Source: a virus. From it: a stretch of 64,000 nucleotides of DNA. A model generated the notes under the pieces. The model did no database searches, was not told where the DNA came from, and saw only the letters and a list, made by a program, of their open reading frames with translations. The number at the start of each line of letters is the position of its first letter. Position 1 is the stretch's first letter. Shown here one piece after another: positions 54,492 to 63,081 of the stretch. Position numbers and translations under genes: made by a program. Location of the stretch: positions 1 through 64,000 of IMG/VR virus record IMGVR_UViG_3300021963_009993; one strand, written 5' to 3'.

Positions 54492-55952
54492 TTATCCTAA
54501 GTCATTTACTTCTGTTTCTTCATCTTTTTCTATTTCAGGTGGTTTATCGAGTCCAGCGAATGCTAGGTAAACGGACATTGCCGATGGGTGTTTGAGTGAT
54601 TCACCATTTGGCAATATTACATTGTGGAATGTGGTTGGGAATCTATAGAATCGTTTTCCACCACCTGAGCTAAACATGGCACCTCTTCTTGCACCACTTA
54701 TGGCTGCGACCATTTTGTGAACTACGCTGAAGGATGAGCCGTCAGCGAATTGGATTTTCAATCTAGCTTCTAGTGATCCATAATTTGCGCTTGAATAAAT
54801 CAATTTGATATTGGCTTGTTTGCCTGTCGTTGCAGCTTTCTTGGCAACTATTGGTGCCAATTTTCCTGTGATGCGACTGAAGAATATTTGTGATACATTT
54901 CTCCATGATTGTTCTGCCACCTTTTCAAGCTTATCCTCTGGTGGTCTTGTAAATGCATCATCTTTGGTAACAACTAATTGTGCGCCTAGTGGATATCTTG
55001 CTCTCAAATCCCTCTTCATCTTGATGGCAGGTTCTGAATAATCTCTTGGTTTTGGTGAACTGGCGATGAACTTGTCTATTTGTTCATTTGCCACTATCAA
55101 GAAATTTTTCTTGTATTCATCTTTTTGATTTGACAATAGAACATCGATTTCCTTTCCAAGTTCTTCTACAGCCTTAAAAGATATAACGGGAGTTTCTGCT
55201 CTTACTTTTTCTGCTGCGACTTCCTTGGCTTTTACTTTTTCTTTTTGAGCTTCTTCTTTCTTTTCTCTCTTGATATCTGCATCTTTTTTAGCTTTGCTTT
55301 GGATGTTTTCCTTGATGAAATCGGATAGTGTCTTCCATAAATTACCAGCATCTTCCATCCAATCTGCTATGCTTACTACCTTGCCAGATTTGAGTTGAAC
55401 ATTCATGAGTGCTTCTGTATTTGGATAGTTTTCTGCTTTTTCGCCTTCTATTGGCTTCATGAATGGGAAGTCATTTGCGTATTTGGCATACTTCTTCAAA
55501 TTTTTAGCTATTTTTTCAGAATTGGGTGATACTCCTTGAGCCCATAAAAATTGAATAAATGCATCTTTGTATTTGTTCCAATTTTCAAATTTGTCTGTGC
55601 CTAAAGCTTTGTAGAAAGGATTTGGTTTTCCATCTACTTCTGGGTTATTTTGGTTATCAAGTCCACGATATCCTCCACCGGACTGAAGGGGCAATGGAAC
55701 AAGATTGTGTACTGTTACTGCTCTGTATATATTTGTTGCGAAATCGGGATGGACTTTGAATTTTTCTTTTGCAGCATTTAATTCTGAATTAGGGACAACA
55801 TCCTTGTTTTTCAATTCCATCAATTCTTTCATTCCCATATCGATTTCTGCTGAACTTTTTTCATCAAGGTATGCTTTCACTTTGTTTACGGCATTGGCCA
55901 GATCTGATTCTGTTGTTGCCTCTGTGATAATTAGCCAGTCTGAAAAGTTCAT
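54492..55952 (-). CDS. Tagged protein; C-terminal domain shared with 46432..47682
   Basis: MNFSDWLIITE; FYRFPTTFHNV.LPNG..LK.PS..SVY..FA. Confidence 0.8.
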   Translation of the reverse strand: MNFSDWLIITEATTESDLANAVNKVKAYLDEKSSAEIDMGMKELMELKNKDVVPNSELNAAKEKFKVHPDFATNIYRAVTVHNLVPLPLQSGGGYRGLDNQNNPEVDGKPNPFYKALGTDKFENWNKYKDAFIQFLWAQGVSPNSEKIAKNLKKYAKYANDFPFMKPIEGEKAENYPNTEALMNVQLKSGKVVSIADWMEDAGNLWKTLSDFIKENIQSKAKKDADIKREKKEEAQKEKVKAKEVAAEKVRAETPVISFKAVEELGKEIDVLLSNQKDEYKKNFLIVANEQIDKFIASSPKPRDYSEPAIKMKRDLRARYPLGAQLVVTKDDAFTRPPEDKLEKVAEQSWRNVSQIFFSRITGKLAPIVAKKAATTGKQANIKLIYSSANYGSLEARLKIQFADGSSFSVVHKMVAAISGARRGAMFSSGGGKRFYRFPTTFHNVILPNGESLKHPSAMSVYLAFAGLDKPPEIEKDEETEVNDLG

Positions 55953-55990
55953 TTTACACCTTTTTGAATTTCAAAATATATATATTTACT

Positions 55991-56773
55991 ATGAAAAGTT
56001 TTATGAATTGGCTTAGAGAGAGTTATGCTCCTAGAAACCTTAATTGGTTGCTTGTTAGAAATTACTTGAAGAATGCTGAAAAGAATTTTGATGTTTTGGA
56101 CAGTTGGGAGCAGTTCAAGAACTGGGATGAATCCGAGGAGATAGCCAACAATCTTTCTTTGGATTTGGAAGATGAAGACAAACTTTATGACAATGCTGCA
56201 AAAATAAACAAGTACATGATGGATAATCCAGAATTACTGGATAATTTTTTATATCAATATTTGGATAGTGAAGAATCGCCTGCTTATTTGAATATGAATT
56301 ACATTAGAGATTTACCGCCAAACACATGGTTGGTTCATTTTTCAGACAAGGCTGGCAATATTGCCGACGATGGTTTCAAGCATGGTGTCTCAGATGTTAG
56401 GAAAATGCATTACACTAGGGGAGAAACCTACAGCAGTAGGACATCTGATTCTGGTTACAATTTTGCTTTTTTGGCTAATTCAAAAGAGGCAGCTTCAGCA
56501 GCCAAGGATTCCAAGTATGGTTCTGATGCGGTTATGTTCATGAGTGCTGGTGTTTTGACCTATCATGCTGGTGATAACGAGAATCAAGTTGTGTTTGATG
56601 GAACTAATGTAAAGCCAAAAGACATAGTGTATTTGGAAAGAACTGCGTATGACTGGGTTGTCAAGTCAAAGGATTCAAATAAAAGAGATCCATATATAAA
56701 CAACGATTTCGGGGAAGTTGTTAAATGGGTCATGAACAACTGGCAGCAGTATAGAAAAATAATAATGGGATAA
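55991..56773 (+). CDS. Tagged protein, possible ART-fold C-terminal half
   Basis: MKSFMNWLRE; WLVHFSD...I..DGF..G...YNFAF...YG..AVMF...E.QVVF. Confidence 0.55.
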   Translation: MKSFMNWLRESYAPRNLNWLLVRNYLKNAEKNFDVLDSWEQFKNWDESEEIANNLSLDLEDEDKLYDNAAKINKYMMDNPELLDNFLYQYLDSEESPAYLNMNYIRDLPPNTWLVHFSDKAGNIADDGFKHGVSDVRKMHYTRGETYSSRTSDSGYNFAFLANSKEAASAAKDSKYGSDAVMFMSAGVLTYHAGDNENQVVFDGTNVKPKDIVYLERTAYDWVVKSKDSNKRDPYINNDFGEVVKWVMNNWQQYRKIIMG

Positions 56774-56774
56774 A

Positions 56775-57122
56775 ATGCAATTCAAAAAGTGGCTAATAGA
56801 ATCCAGATTTAATGACATGCATTCGTGGTTGGATGTTAGTGGGGAATTTCATCCGGTTACTGCAACTACCCATTCTGATGACGCAGTAAAGTATTCTGAT
56901 TATACTAATAGTGCTGAAGCCAAAGATGATCTGATGAAAAGGGGTTGGCAAAGGGTTAGTCACTACAATCATATTCTTTATGTTGCGAATCCTATTGTTG
57001 CTCCCAACAGGGTTCAGAAGAGTGAGCTTGTTGATTTGGCTTTGACTAGGGATTTGCGTAAAGTTGTGTATGACAATGATGTGAGTGAAATTGTTTTGTG
57101 GGATGCTTCTGAAAAATTTTAA
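56775..57122 (+). CDS. Tagged hypothetical protein
   Basis: MQFKKWLIE; WLD.SG.F...H...LMKRGWQRV. Confidence 0.75.
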   Translation: MQFKKWLIESRFNDMHSWLDVSGEFHPVTATTHSDDAVKYSDYTNSAEAKDDLMKRGWQRVSHYNHILYVANPIVAPNRVQKSELVDLALTRDLRKVVYDNDVSEIVLWDASEKF

Positions 57123-57146
57123 TTGTTAAATTGCATATAATATTTA

Positions 57147-57500
57147 ATGCAGAAGAGTTGTAGGAATTGTAAAGAATATAAGAACATAGAAGACTTTCCT
57201 TATTTCTCAACGAATGAAGCTGGTCGTAAAAACACTTGCAAGGAATGTTCAAAGAAGCTTGGTGTTTTGCGAAGGGAGTTGAAGTCCAAGAATCCACCAC
57301 CGCCTTCTGGCAAATGTCCCATATGTGATATGCATACTGAGAATTGGATATTGGATCATTGTCATTTTTCAAACAATTTTCGTGGTTACATCTGCAACAG
57401 CTGTAACTTGGGTCTTGGCAGATTCAACGATGATGTTGAGATTCTTAGAAAAGCTATTTTGTATTTGGAAAATATCAATCAAGAATCACATCGTAGCTGA
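57147..57500 (+). CDS. Endonuclease VII-like (His-Me finger) nuclease
   Basis: CxxC...CxxC, then CPIC...LDHCH...FRGYICNSCNLGLG.F.DD. Confidence 0.88.
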   Translation: MQKSCRNCKEYKNIEDFPYFSTNEAGRKNTCKECSKKLGVLRRELKSKNPPPPSGKCPICDMHTENWILDHCHFSNNFRGYICNSCNLGLGRFNDDVEILRKAILYLENINQESHRS

Positions 57501-57609
57501 TGTAATCTGTTGTAGTGGTTTCGGCTTCTGGTTCTTGTTCCATAATTGCCTCCTGAATTTATATATAAGATGAATTTTAAAGATTAATTTAATTAGAGAT
57601 AGGTTTATA

Positions 57610-58101
57610 ATGTTTAATATGCGTTTCATTGATTTTATGGAAAACAATGTTGAAGACTATTTTGATTCTTCTGCCTTGTCTATGGCCAAAAATCAAGGCA
57701 GCAAGTCGAGAGAGTTATTGATTGACATGTCTATTGATGATTTCTTGAGATTGGCAGAAGAAGGTCGTAGTTTTTCCAAGGAATCAGGTGTTGATTCTTT
57801 GTTGTCTAAGGGCATTAAGTTTGAGAGTATACCTTTTTTGGGTGTTGGTTTTTATTCAGGTGATCCTTTGGCGATGAAGGTCAAGAGTCATGAGGGAAGG
57901 CATAGGGCTAGGGCTTTGAGGAAACTTGGATTCAAGATGATGCCTGTGAAAGTGGTACATGATTCGATACGGTGGGGTGGTCAATTAAATCCCAATAATT
58001 ATGATTATGTTGATAATTTTCCCACTCATTTTGTATCTGAGGATGGTTCTGTTGTTGTGCCATTTGCGATAACAAGAGAGGATTTGAATGATAGATTTTA
58101 A
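57610..58101 (+). CDS. Tagged ParB/sulfiredoxin-like protein
   Basis: MRFIDFME; VKSHEGRHRARALRKLG...MPV. Confidence 0.65.
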   Translation: MFNMRFIDFMENNVEDYFDSSALSMAKNQGSKSRELLIDMSIDDFLRLAEEGRSFSKESGVDSLLSKGIKFESIPFLGVGFYSGDPLAMKVKSHEGRHRARALRKLGFKMMPVKVVHDSIRWGGQLNPNNYDYVDNFPTHFVSEDGSVVVPFAITREDLNDRF

Positions 58102-58729
58102 AACATGGCTTGAGAATGTTTCTACTGATGAAACTAAAGTTTCAGGTTATTCACAGGATGGCACTAGTGTTGTTCCCCAAAGTGAATGGAAGAATCTGAT
58201 AATTGATGCCATTTTTGAATTGCCTGTTGACAGGCGTTTTCAATGGTCTATACCAGTTAAAAAAATAGCTGAGGGCTCTCAGGCCAACATATACAGCACA
58301 ATAGATCCGAGAAAAGTCATAAGGATATCAAGGGAAAACAAAGAAAATGCATGTGAGAAGGCGATAAATGATCCTTTGTTACAAGCAACTGGTGGTGTCA
58401 ACAAGGTTTACGATCATATTGTCTACAACAAATACATTATTACCTTGAAGGAAAAGCTCAGGACAAATTGGTATGATATTTTGCGTAAAAAGTATTCAGG
58501 CAATAGACAAGTATGGCATCTTCTGGACAAGATTTATACATTTTATGCAACAAAAAACCTTGCTGACTTTGATGAAATACTTATTGATATGAGCAAGGTG
58601 CCAGAGATGAAGAATTTGGTGGAAGCAATCAAAGTTGGAAAGACTATTCCTTTATTTACTATGCGGGATTTGCATGATGAGAATTTTGCCTTGGATAAAG
58701 ACGATAATATAGTGATTATTGATTGTTAG
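58088..58729 (+). CDS. Tagged protein-kinase-like (PKL fold) enzyme
   Basis: MIDFKTWLE; Gly-loop-like IAEGSQANIY, VIRI, catalytic RDLHDEN, terminal VIID. Confidence 0.7.
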   Translation: MIDFKTWLENVSTDETKVSGYSQDGTSVVPQSEWKNLIIDAIFELPVDRRFQWSIPVKKIAEGSQANIYSTIDPRKVIRISRENKENACEKAINDPLLQATGGVNKVYDHIVYNKYIITLKEKLRTNWYDILRKKYSGNRQVWHLLDKIYTFYATKNLADFDEILIDMSKVPEMKNLVEAIKVGKTIPLFTMRDLHDENFALDKDDNIVIIDC

Positions 58730-59010
58730 ATGTTTAGGTTATTGGGGGTTGGAGGTACTTCTCTGTCCACCATGTACCACAAAACGCAGTTGTTATCGAT
58801 AAGAATATAGGGTCTTGGTTTCACGATATTGTCTGTATCTGTGAAGAAACCCAAGGGATCTGTTCCAGAGTATTGTTGAACAGTTTGAGTGTTAAAAACT
58901 ATTTGGTTTTTTAGTGGATATCTTCTAACCCAAGATGAATCTGGCAATATAACATCTACTTCAAAACCTACTGGCATTGTTATTGTTGCGAAATTTTCTT
59001 CTTGTGACAT
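58726..59010 (-). CDS. Hypothetical protein
   Basis: AAGGAG RBS. Confidence 0.7.
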   Translation of the reverse strand: MSQEENFATITMPVGFEVDVILPDSSWVRRYPLKNQIVFNTQTVQQYSGTDPLGFFTDTDNIVKPRPYILIDNNCVLWYMVDREVPPTPNNLNI

Positions 59011-59020
59011 GGGATCTCCT

Positions 59021-59206
59021 TTACTTTAAGATAGTTAATTTTTTTGAAAGTATTTGCAGGAGTTTGCCCAATCTGATCATCTCTGGTTCATTGATTATGT
59101 TTGGTTCCAATTCATTCAATTTTTCTTTGATTTCCTTGATGTTCTTTTCTATGAATTTTCTTGAATCCATAGATTTAGTTTGAAACCATTGTTTGAAGTC
59201 AAGCAT
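59021..59206 (-). CDS. Tagged small coiled-coil protein
   Basis: MLDFKQWF; AATAAATA 4 nt upstream. Confidence 0.65.
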   Translation of the reverse strand: MLDFKQWFQTKSMDSRKFIEKNIKEIKEKLNELEPNIINEPEMIRLGKLLQILSKKLTILK

Positions 59207-59263
59207 GTTTTATTTATTGAGTCGTTTTTATTTTTTTGGCATCTTGTTAGTAGGAGGTATTTT

Positions 59264-59473
59264 ATGTTTTACATTTATTTTCTTTTGGGTATTTTGTGTA
59301 TTGTTGGGTTAATGCTGCTTGGTTTTGTTGGATTGATTTTAATGGATGAGAGGAAGTTTAAAAGGGAGAGGGAAGATATCGTCAAGGTTCAAGCCATTAT
59401 GAAAAAGTATGAGCATTTTGTTTCTTTGAAGAAAAAGAAGGATGAGGGTAGTAGTGTTAATTGGAGGGGATAG
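59264..59473 (+). CDS. Small single-pass membrane protein
   Basis: AGGAGGT RBS; hydrophobic N-terminus, basic tail. Confidence 0.7.
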   Translation: MFYIYFLLGILCIVGLMLLGFVGLILMDERKFKREREDIVKVQAIMKKYEHFVSLKKKKDEGSSVNWRG

Positions 59474-59502
59474 GGGGGAAGCGGAAATCCGCTTCCCCTT
59501 TT
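59473..59502. terminator. Terminator between convergent genes
   Basis: GGGGAAGCGG-aaat-CCGCTTCCCC stem. Confidence 0.8.
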
Positions 59503-59514
59503 GCTTATTGGAAC

Positions 59515-59970
59515 TCACTCAGACTTAAGTTGTATGCGAATTTTGTTTTTGGTGTCTTTGGGTGTGAGTTTCCAAGTCAGCGTTAAAATTCCATCGGCTA
59601 GTACAGCGTTTACTGGTTCTCCGTTGACACCTTCGGGCAATTGCACACTTCTTTCGAAGGAACTTAGTCTGATTTCCCTAGTTGTGTAGGAAGCAGTTGC
59701 AGACTGGTATTTATGTGCTGTTTTTCCGAAGATGGTTACGATGCGATTATCACCGTATTCAACTTCAAGTTCATCAGTTGTTAATCCGGGTACAGCGAAG
59801 CAGATCTTGTAGGTATCATCTTCAAAATATGTGTTTATTTTTGGATAGCCTAAGTTGCTTTTTGCCACATTGACATTCGCTCTGGTATTGAAGAAATCGT
59901 CGAAGAATTTATTGAATGTTTGTTCCAGAGGAAAGTAGAATTCATCACGCAATGGTATCATTGGTTTCAT
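59515..59970 (-). CDS. Small heat-shock protein (Hsp20/alpha-crystallin)
   Basis: YPKIN...FAVPGL...L.VE...REIRLSSFERSVQLP...AVLADGILTL. Confidence 0.93.
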   Translation of the reverse strand: MKPMIPLRDEFYFPLEQTFNKFFDDFFNTRANVNVAKSNLGYPKINTYFEDDTYKICFAVPGLTTDELEVEYGDNRIVTIFGKTAHKYQSATASYTTREIRLSSFERSVQLPEGVNGEPVNAVLADGILTLTWKLTPKDTKNKIRIQLKSE

Positions 59971-60323
59971 AAATCACCTATAATTTTCATCAGGTCACAA
60001 TGACTCTGAAGGACGGTCTAAGCCTGTCAATAATATTATATGATTGTACTTTTAATTTTGTTCAATAAAATTTTGATTTTTTGTTATAGTATGTTTTTGT
60101 GGAGAATAGATAGATGAACATGATAAGACGAGTTTGGTCGGAATCTAGCAGTAGTTGTTGGCAAGAGCGTGGTGTGCATCATTCTATTAAATCTTTTTGT
60201 ACATTTAATAAATCTAGAAATTTCACTTCGCTGACACAATTTTACAGCAAGTCTTTTCACAGATTTTGGCTTTCCATGTGTTGGGAAAGCTGGATGGAAA
60301 GCTGTAAGAGGAGTGAATGTTGG

Positions 60324-61340
60324 TCAAGTGATGTTTAGGTTATTCAAGAATATTTCCATGAAATTTTTAATATCTTTCGTATTTTTTTCTTTTACACTTA
60401 CTGGATCATACTTTTCAAAGTTCTTTTGATTAATGTCATTGTTTTTGTAGAAAAATTTTTCCAAGCTATTATCTTTCATGAAGTAATAACATTTATCTTC
60501 GCCGTAATCATAAACATTTATGTAGTAGACTGGTATTCCTTCGGATATGCCAAATACTAATGGATGAAATCTTCCCATCGAAAAGACAAAATCTGATTCA
60601 GCAATTATTCCTTTGACTTTTTTTGGTTCCCAATGATGATTGATAATATCATGATCTTTAAAGAATTCTTTTGCCACACTAACATCAGCATTATCAAATG
60701 GTAATATTTTTAGTTTTGTTTTATTTTCTCTGCAAAATATGAGTATTTTGGTTATCCATTCCTTAATTTTATTTTTATATACTTCATCTTCAAATTTTCC
60801 ATCATGTCTGATTGTAATCAAAGAAAATTTATCATCTTTATTTTCGTATTTTTCTTTATCAAGTAAAAAAGCCAAATCGGGTATTAGATGAGATTTAATA
60901 TTTAATTTATCTAAGTTTGATTTTGAGTGTGAATCTCTTACTGCAATTAAGTCAAATAGATTGAAGAATTCCTTGTTTATTTTTTCAAGATTCTTATTTT
61001 CTGTGAATTCATCGTGTGTTGCAACGCCTATATAATATGTTTTTTTATTTCTAAGTTTTGCATGAAGAAGTTGACTTAACCCGAAACCTAATCCCAGACC
61101 TCCTCCACCAAGTATGTATGCATGGACATCTTCATCGCAAAAAATGGAATTATTTGTTTCCCATATTATTTTGTTTTTTGAATATATTTCATAATTGTTA
61201 AAATATTGATGACAGTTCAAGTAATGTTCTAAGCATATTATTTTTTCATAATTTTGCAAAAGGTCTACCCAGACATTCAATATTGCCTCATCACCACAAT
61301 TACCTTTTCCATAAAAGCCATTTAAAATTATTTTTTTCAT
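60324..61340 (-). CDS. Polysaccharide pyruvyl transferase-family protein
   Basis: GFYGKGNCGDEAIL, ILGGGG, IAVRDSHS, PDLAF, SMGRFHPLVFG; start refined to 61340. Confidence 0.85.
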   Translation of the reverse strand: MKKIILNGFYGKGNCGDEAILNVWVDLLQNYEKIICLEHYLNCHQYFNNYEIYSKNKIIWETNNSIFCDEDVHAYILGGGGLGLGFGLSQLLHAKLRNKKTYYIGVATHDEFTENKNLEKINKEFFNLFDLIAVRDSHSKSNLDKLNIKSHLIPDLAFLLDKEKYENKDDKFSLITIRHDGKFEDEVYKNKIKEWITKILIFCRENKTKLKILPFDNADVSVAKEFFKDHDIINHHWEPKKVKGIIAESDFVFSMGRFHPLVFGISEGIPVYYINVYDYGEDKCYYFMKDNSLEKFFYKNNDINQKNFEKYDPVSVKEKNTKDIKNFMEIFLNNLNIT

Positions 61341-61375
61341 TGCATTTATTAAAGTAATTATCAATAAATAATAAA

Positions 61376-62455
61376 ATGAGAATAAATGTAAACAAACCTT
61401 GGATTCCAAATATAGAAGAATATTTCGATTATTTGGAAATGATATGGAAGAATAATATTCTTACAAATTGTGGTCCTTTACATGAAGAGTTTGAAAAGAA
61501 GATAATTCAATATTTAGATATAAAAAATGGTATATTAATTAACAATTGTACAAATGGATTGTTGATGGCATTAAGCAAATATGAATGTGGTGATGAAATA
61601 ATAACAACCCCATTTTCATTTGCAGCAACAGCTAGTACTATAAGCTGGTCGAAGTTAAAACCAATTTTCTGTGATATAGATGAAAATAATCTTTTTATAA
61701 ATACAAATTCTATAGAGAATATGATTTCCAAAAATACCAAAGCTGTTTTGGCAACACACATATACGGGAATACAGGAGATATAGATCATTTGGAGAATGT
61801 GTGCAAGTATCACAAAATAGATTTACTGTTTGATGCAGCACATGCATTTGGAGTTTTGTACAAGAATAAATCAATAATGAATTATGGTGATGTTTCTATA
61901 TTGAGTTTCCATGCAACCAAAGTTTTTCACAGTATTGAAGGTGGAATTATATCTTGCAAAGAAAATAGTGTTGAAGAAACAATGAGATTGAAAAGAAATT
62001 TTGGATACAAGGATTTTGACATAGTGGAAACTGGGATCAATTCAAAAATGTCTGAATTTCATGCAGCTATGGGTTTATGTTGTTTGAAACATATAGATGA
62101 AATAATAACCAAGCGAAAAACCATATCTGACTATTACGATTTGCATTTTAAAAATAGTTTTGAAAATAATTCATTTAAAAAACCGGAACATAATTTGAAT
62201 TGTACAAAAAACTATTCTTATTATCCATTAATATTTAATGACGAAGAATGTTTGACACGAATATTGAAAGAAATGAATGGAAGAAACATATATCCAAGGA
62301 GATATTTTAATCCTTCTTTGGATGAAATTTTTGGAAATGATATTTGTCCTATTTCCAGATCAACATGCAAAAGAATAGTTTGCTTGCCACTTTACTATGA
62401 TCTTGATTATGAGACATGCGATAATATAATAAATATTATAAATAAAAATCTATAA
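61376..62455 (+). CDS. DegT/DnrJ/EryC1/StrS PLP-dependent sugar aminotransferase (VioA/RffA-like)
   Basis: TPFSFAAT, LLFDAAHAFG, SFHATKVFHSIEGG, NSKMSEFHAAMG. Confidence 0.93.
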   Translation: MRINVNKPWIPNIEEYFDYLEMIWKNNILTNCGPLHEEFEKKIIQYLDIKNGILINNCTNGLLMALSKYECGDEIITTPFSFAATASTISWSKLKPIFCDIDENNLFINTNSIENMISKNTKAVLATHIYGNTGDIDHLENVCKYHKIDLLFDAAHAFGVLYKNKSIMNYGDVSILSFHATKVFHSIEGGIISCKENSVEETMRLKRNFGYKDFDIVETGINSKMSEFHAAMGLCCLKHIDEIITKRKTISDYYDLHFKNSFENNSFKKPEHNLNCTKNYSYYPLIFNDEECLTRILKEMNGRNIYPRRYFNPSLDEIFGNDICPISRSTCKRIVCLPLYYDLDYETCDNIINIINKNL

Positions 62456-63073
62456 TTTTCTTATTCCTTTTCTGTATCCATCAATTATTACTTGGCAATA
62501 TCCATCGAAAATTTCAATAAAATAATCTATGGATATCTTAGGTCTTAAAGTTGGTTTGAAATGCATATTCCAAAGATAATCATCAAAAATCATAATTCCA
62601 TTTTTTTTAAGAAGCTGCCATGACATTACTGCATCCATAAGTACATATGGTGCCACATGATTGCCATCTACATAAATCATATCATATTTTTTATTTTCAC
62701 AAATTAATTGAGGTAAAATAACATTTGAAAGTCCTTGTTTTACTATTACTTTATTTGATTTACCTGTTTGTTCGATATTGTGCAAAAATGTATTTTTTAT
62801 TTTTTTTGTTCCGAATTTCCATTCTACATTTTCTTTATCATATGATTCTAAACTATCTTCTTTCTGAGAGTAATCAAGCCAAGGATCAACACATGTTATA
62901 GTAGACTTTTCATTTAGTAGTAAATTTTCAATAAACCAAATCGTACTTTTACCTTCAAAACATCCTATTTCAAGTATATGAAATTCTTCTTTTTCATTTA
63001 TATTTGAATATTTCATTATTTCTAAAGCACTATCATGACTCCCAAACCAATCTGCTGTAAAAGTATAGGTCAT
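62450..63073 (-). CDS. Class I SAM-dependent methyltransferase (Methyltransf_24-like)
   Basis: ILEIGCFEGKST, YDMIYVDGNH, GIMIFDDY. Confidence 0.9.
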   Translation of the reverse strand: MTYTFTADWFGSHDSALEIMKYSNINEKEEFHILEIGCFEGKSTIWFIENLLLNEKSTITCVDPWLDYSQKEDSLESYDKENVEWKFGTKKIKNTFLHNIEQTGKSNKVIVKQGLSNVILPQLICENKKYDMIYVDGNHVAPYVLMDAVMSWQLLKKNGIMIFDDYLWNMHFKPTLRPKISIDYFIEIFDGYCQVIIDGYRKGIRKL

Positions 63074-63081
63074 TTCTACCT

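Noticed and set aside
60114-60338. 74-aa ORF
   Set aside because: Ser/Cys/Trp-rich with no recognisable motif, and it overlaps the convergent pyruvyltransferase end; not enough support.
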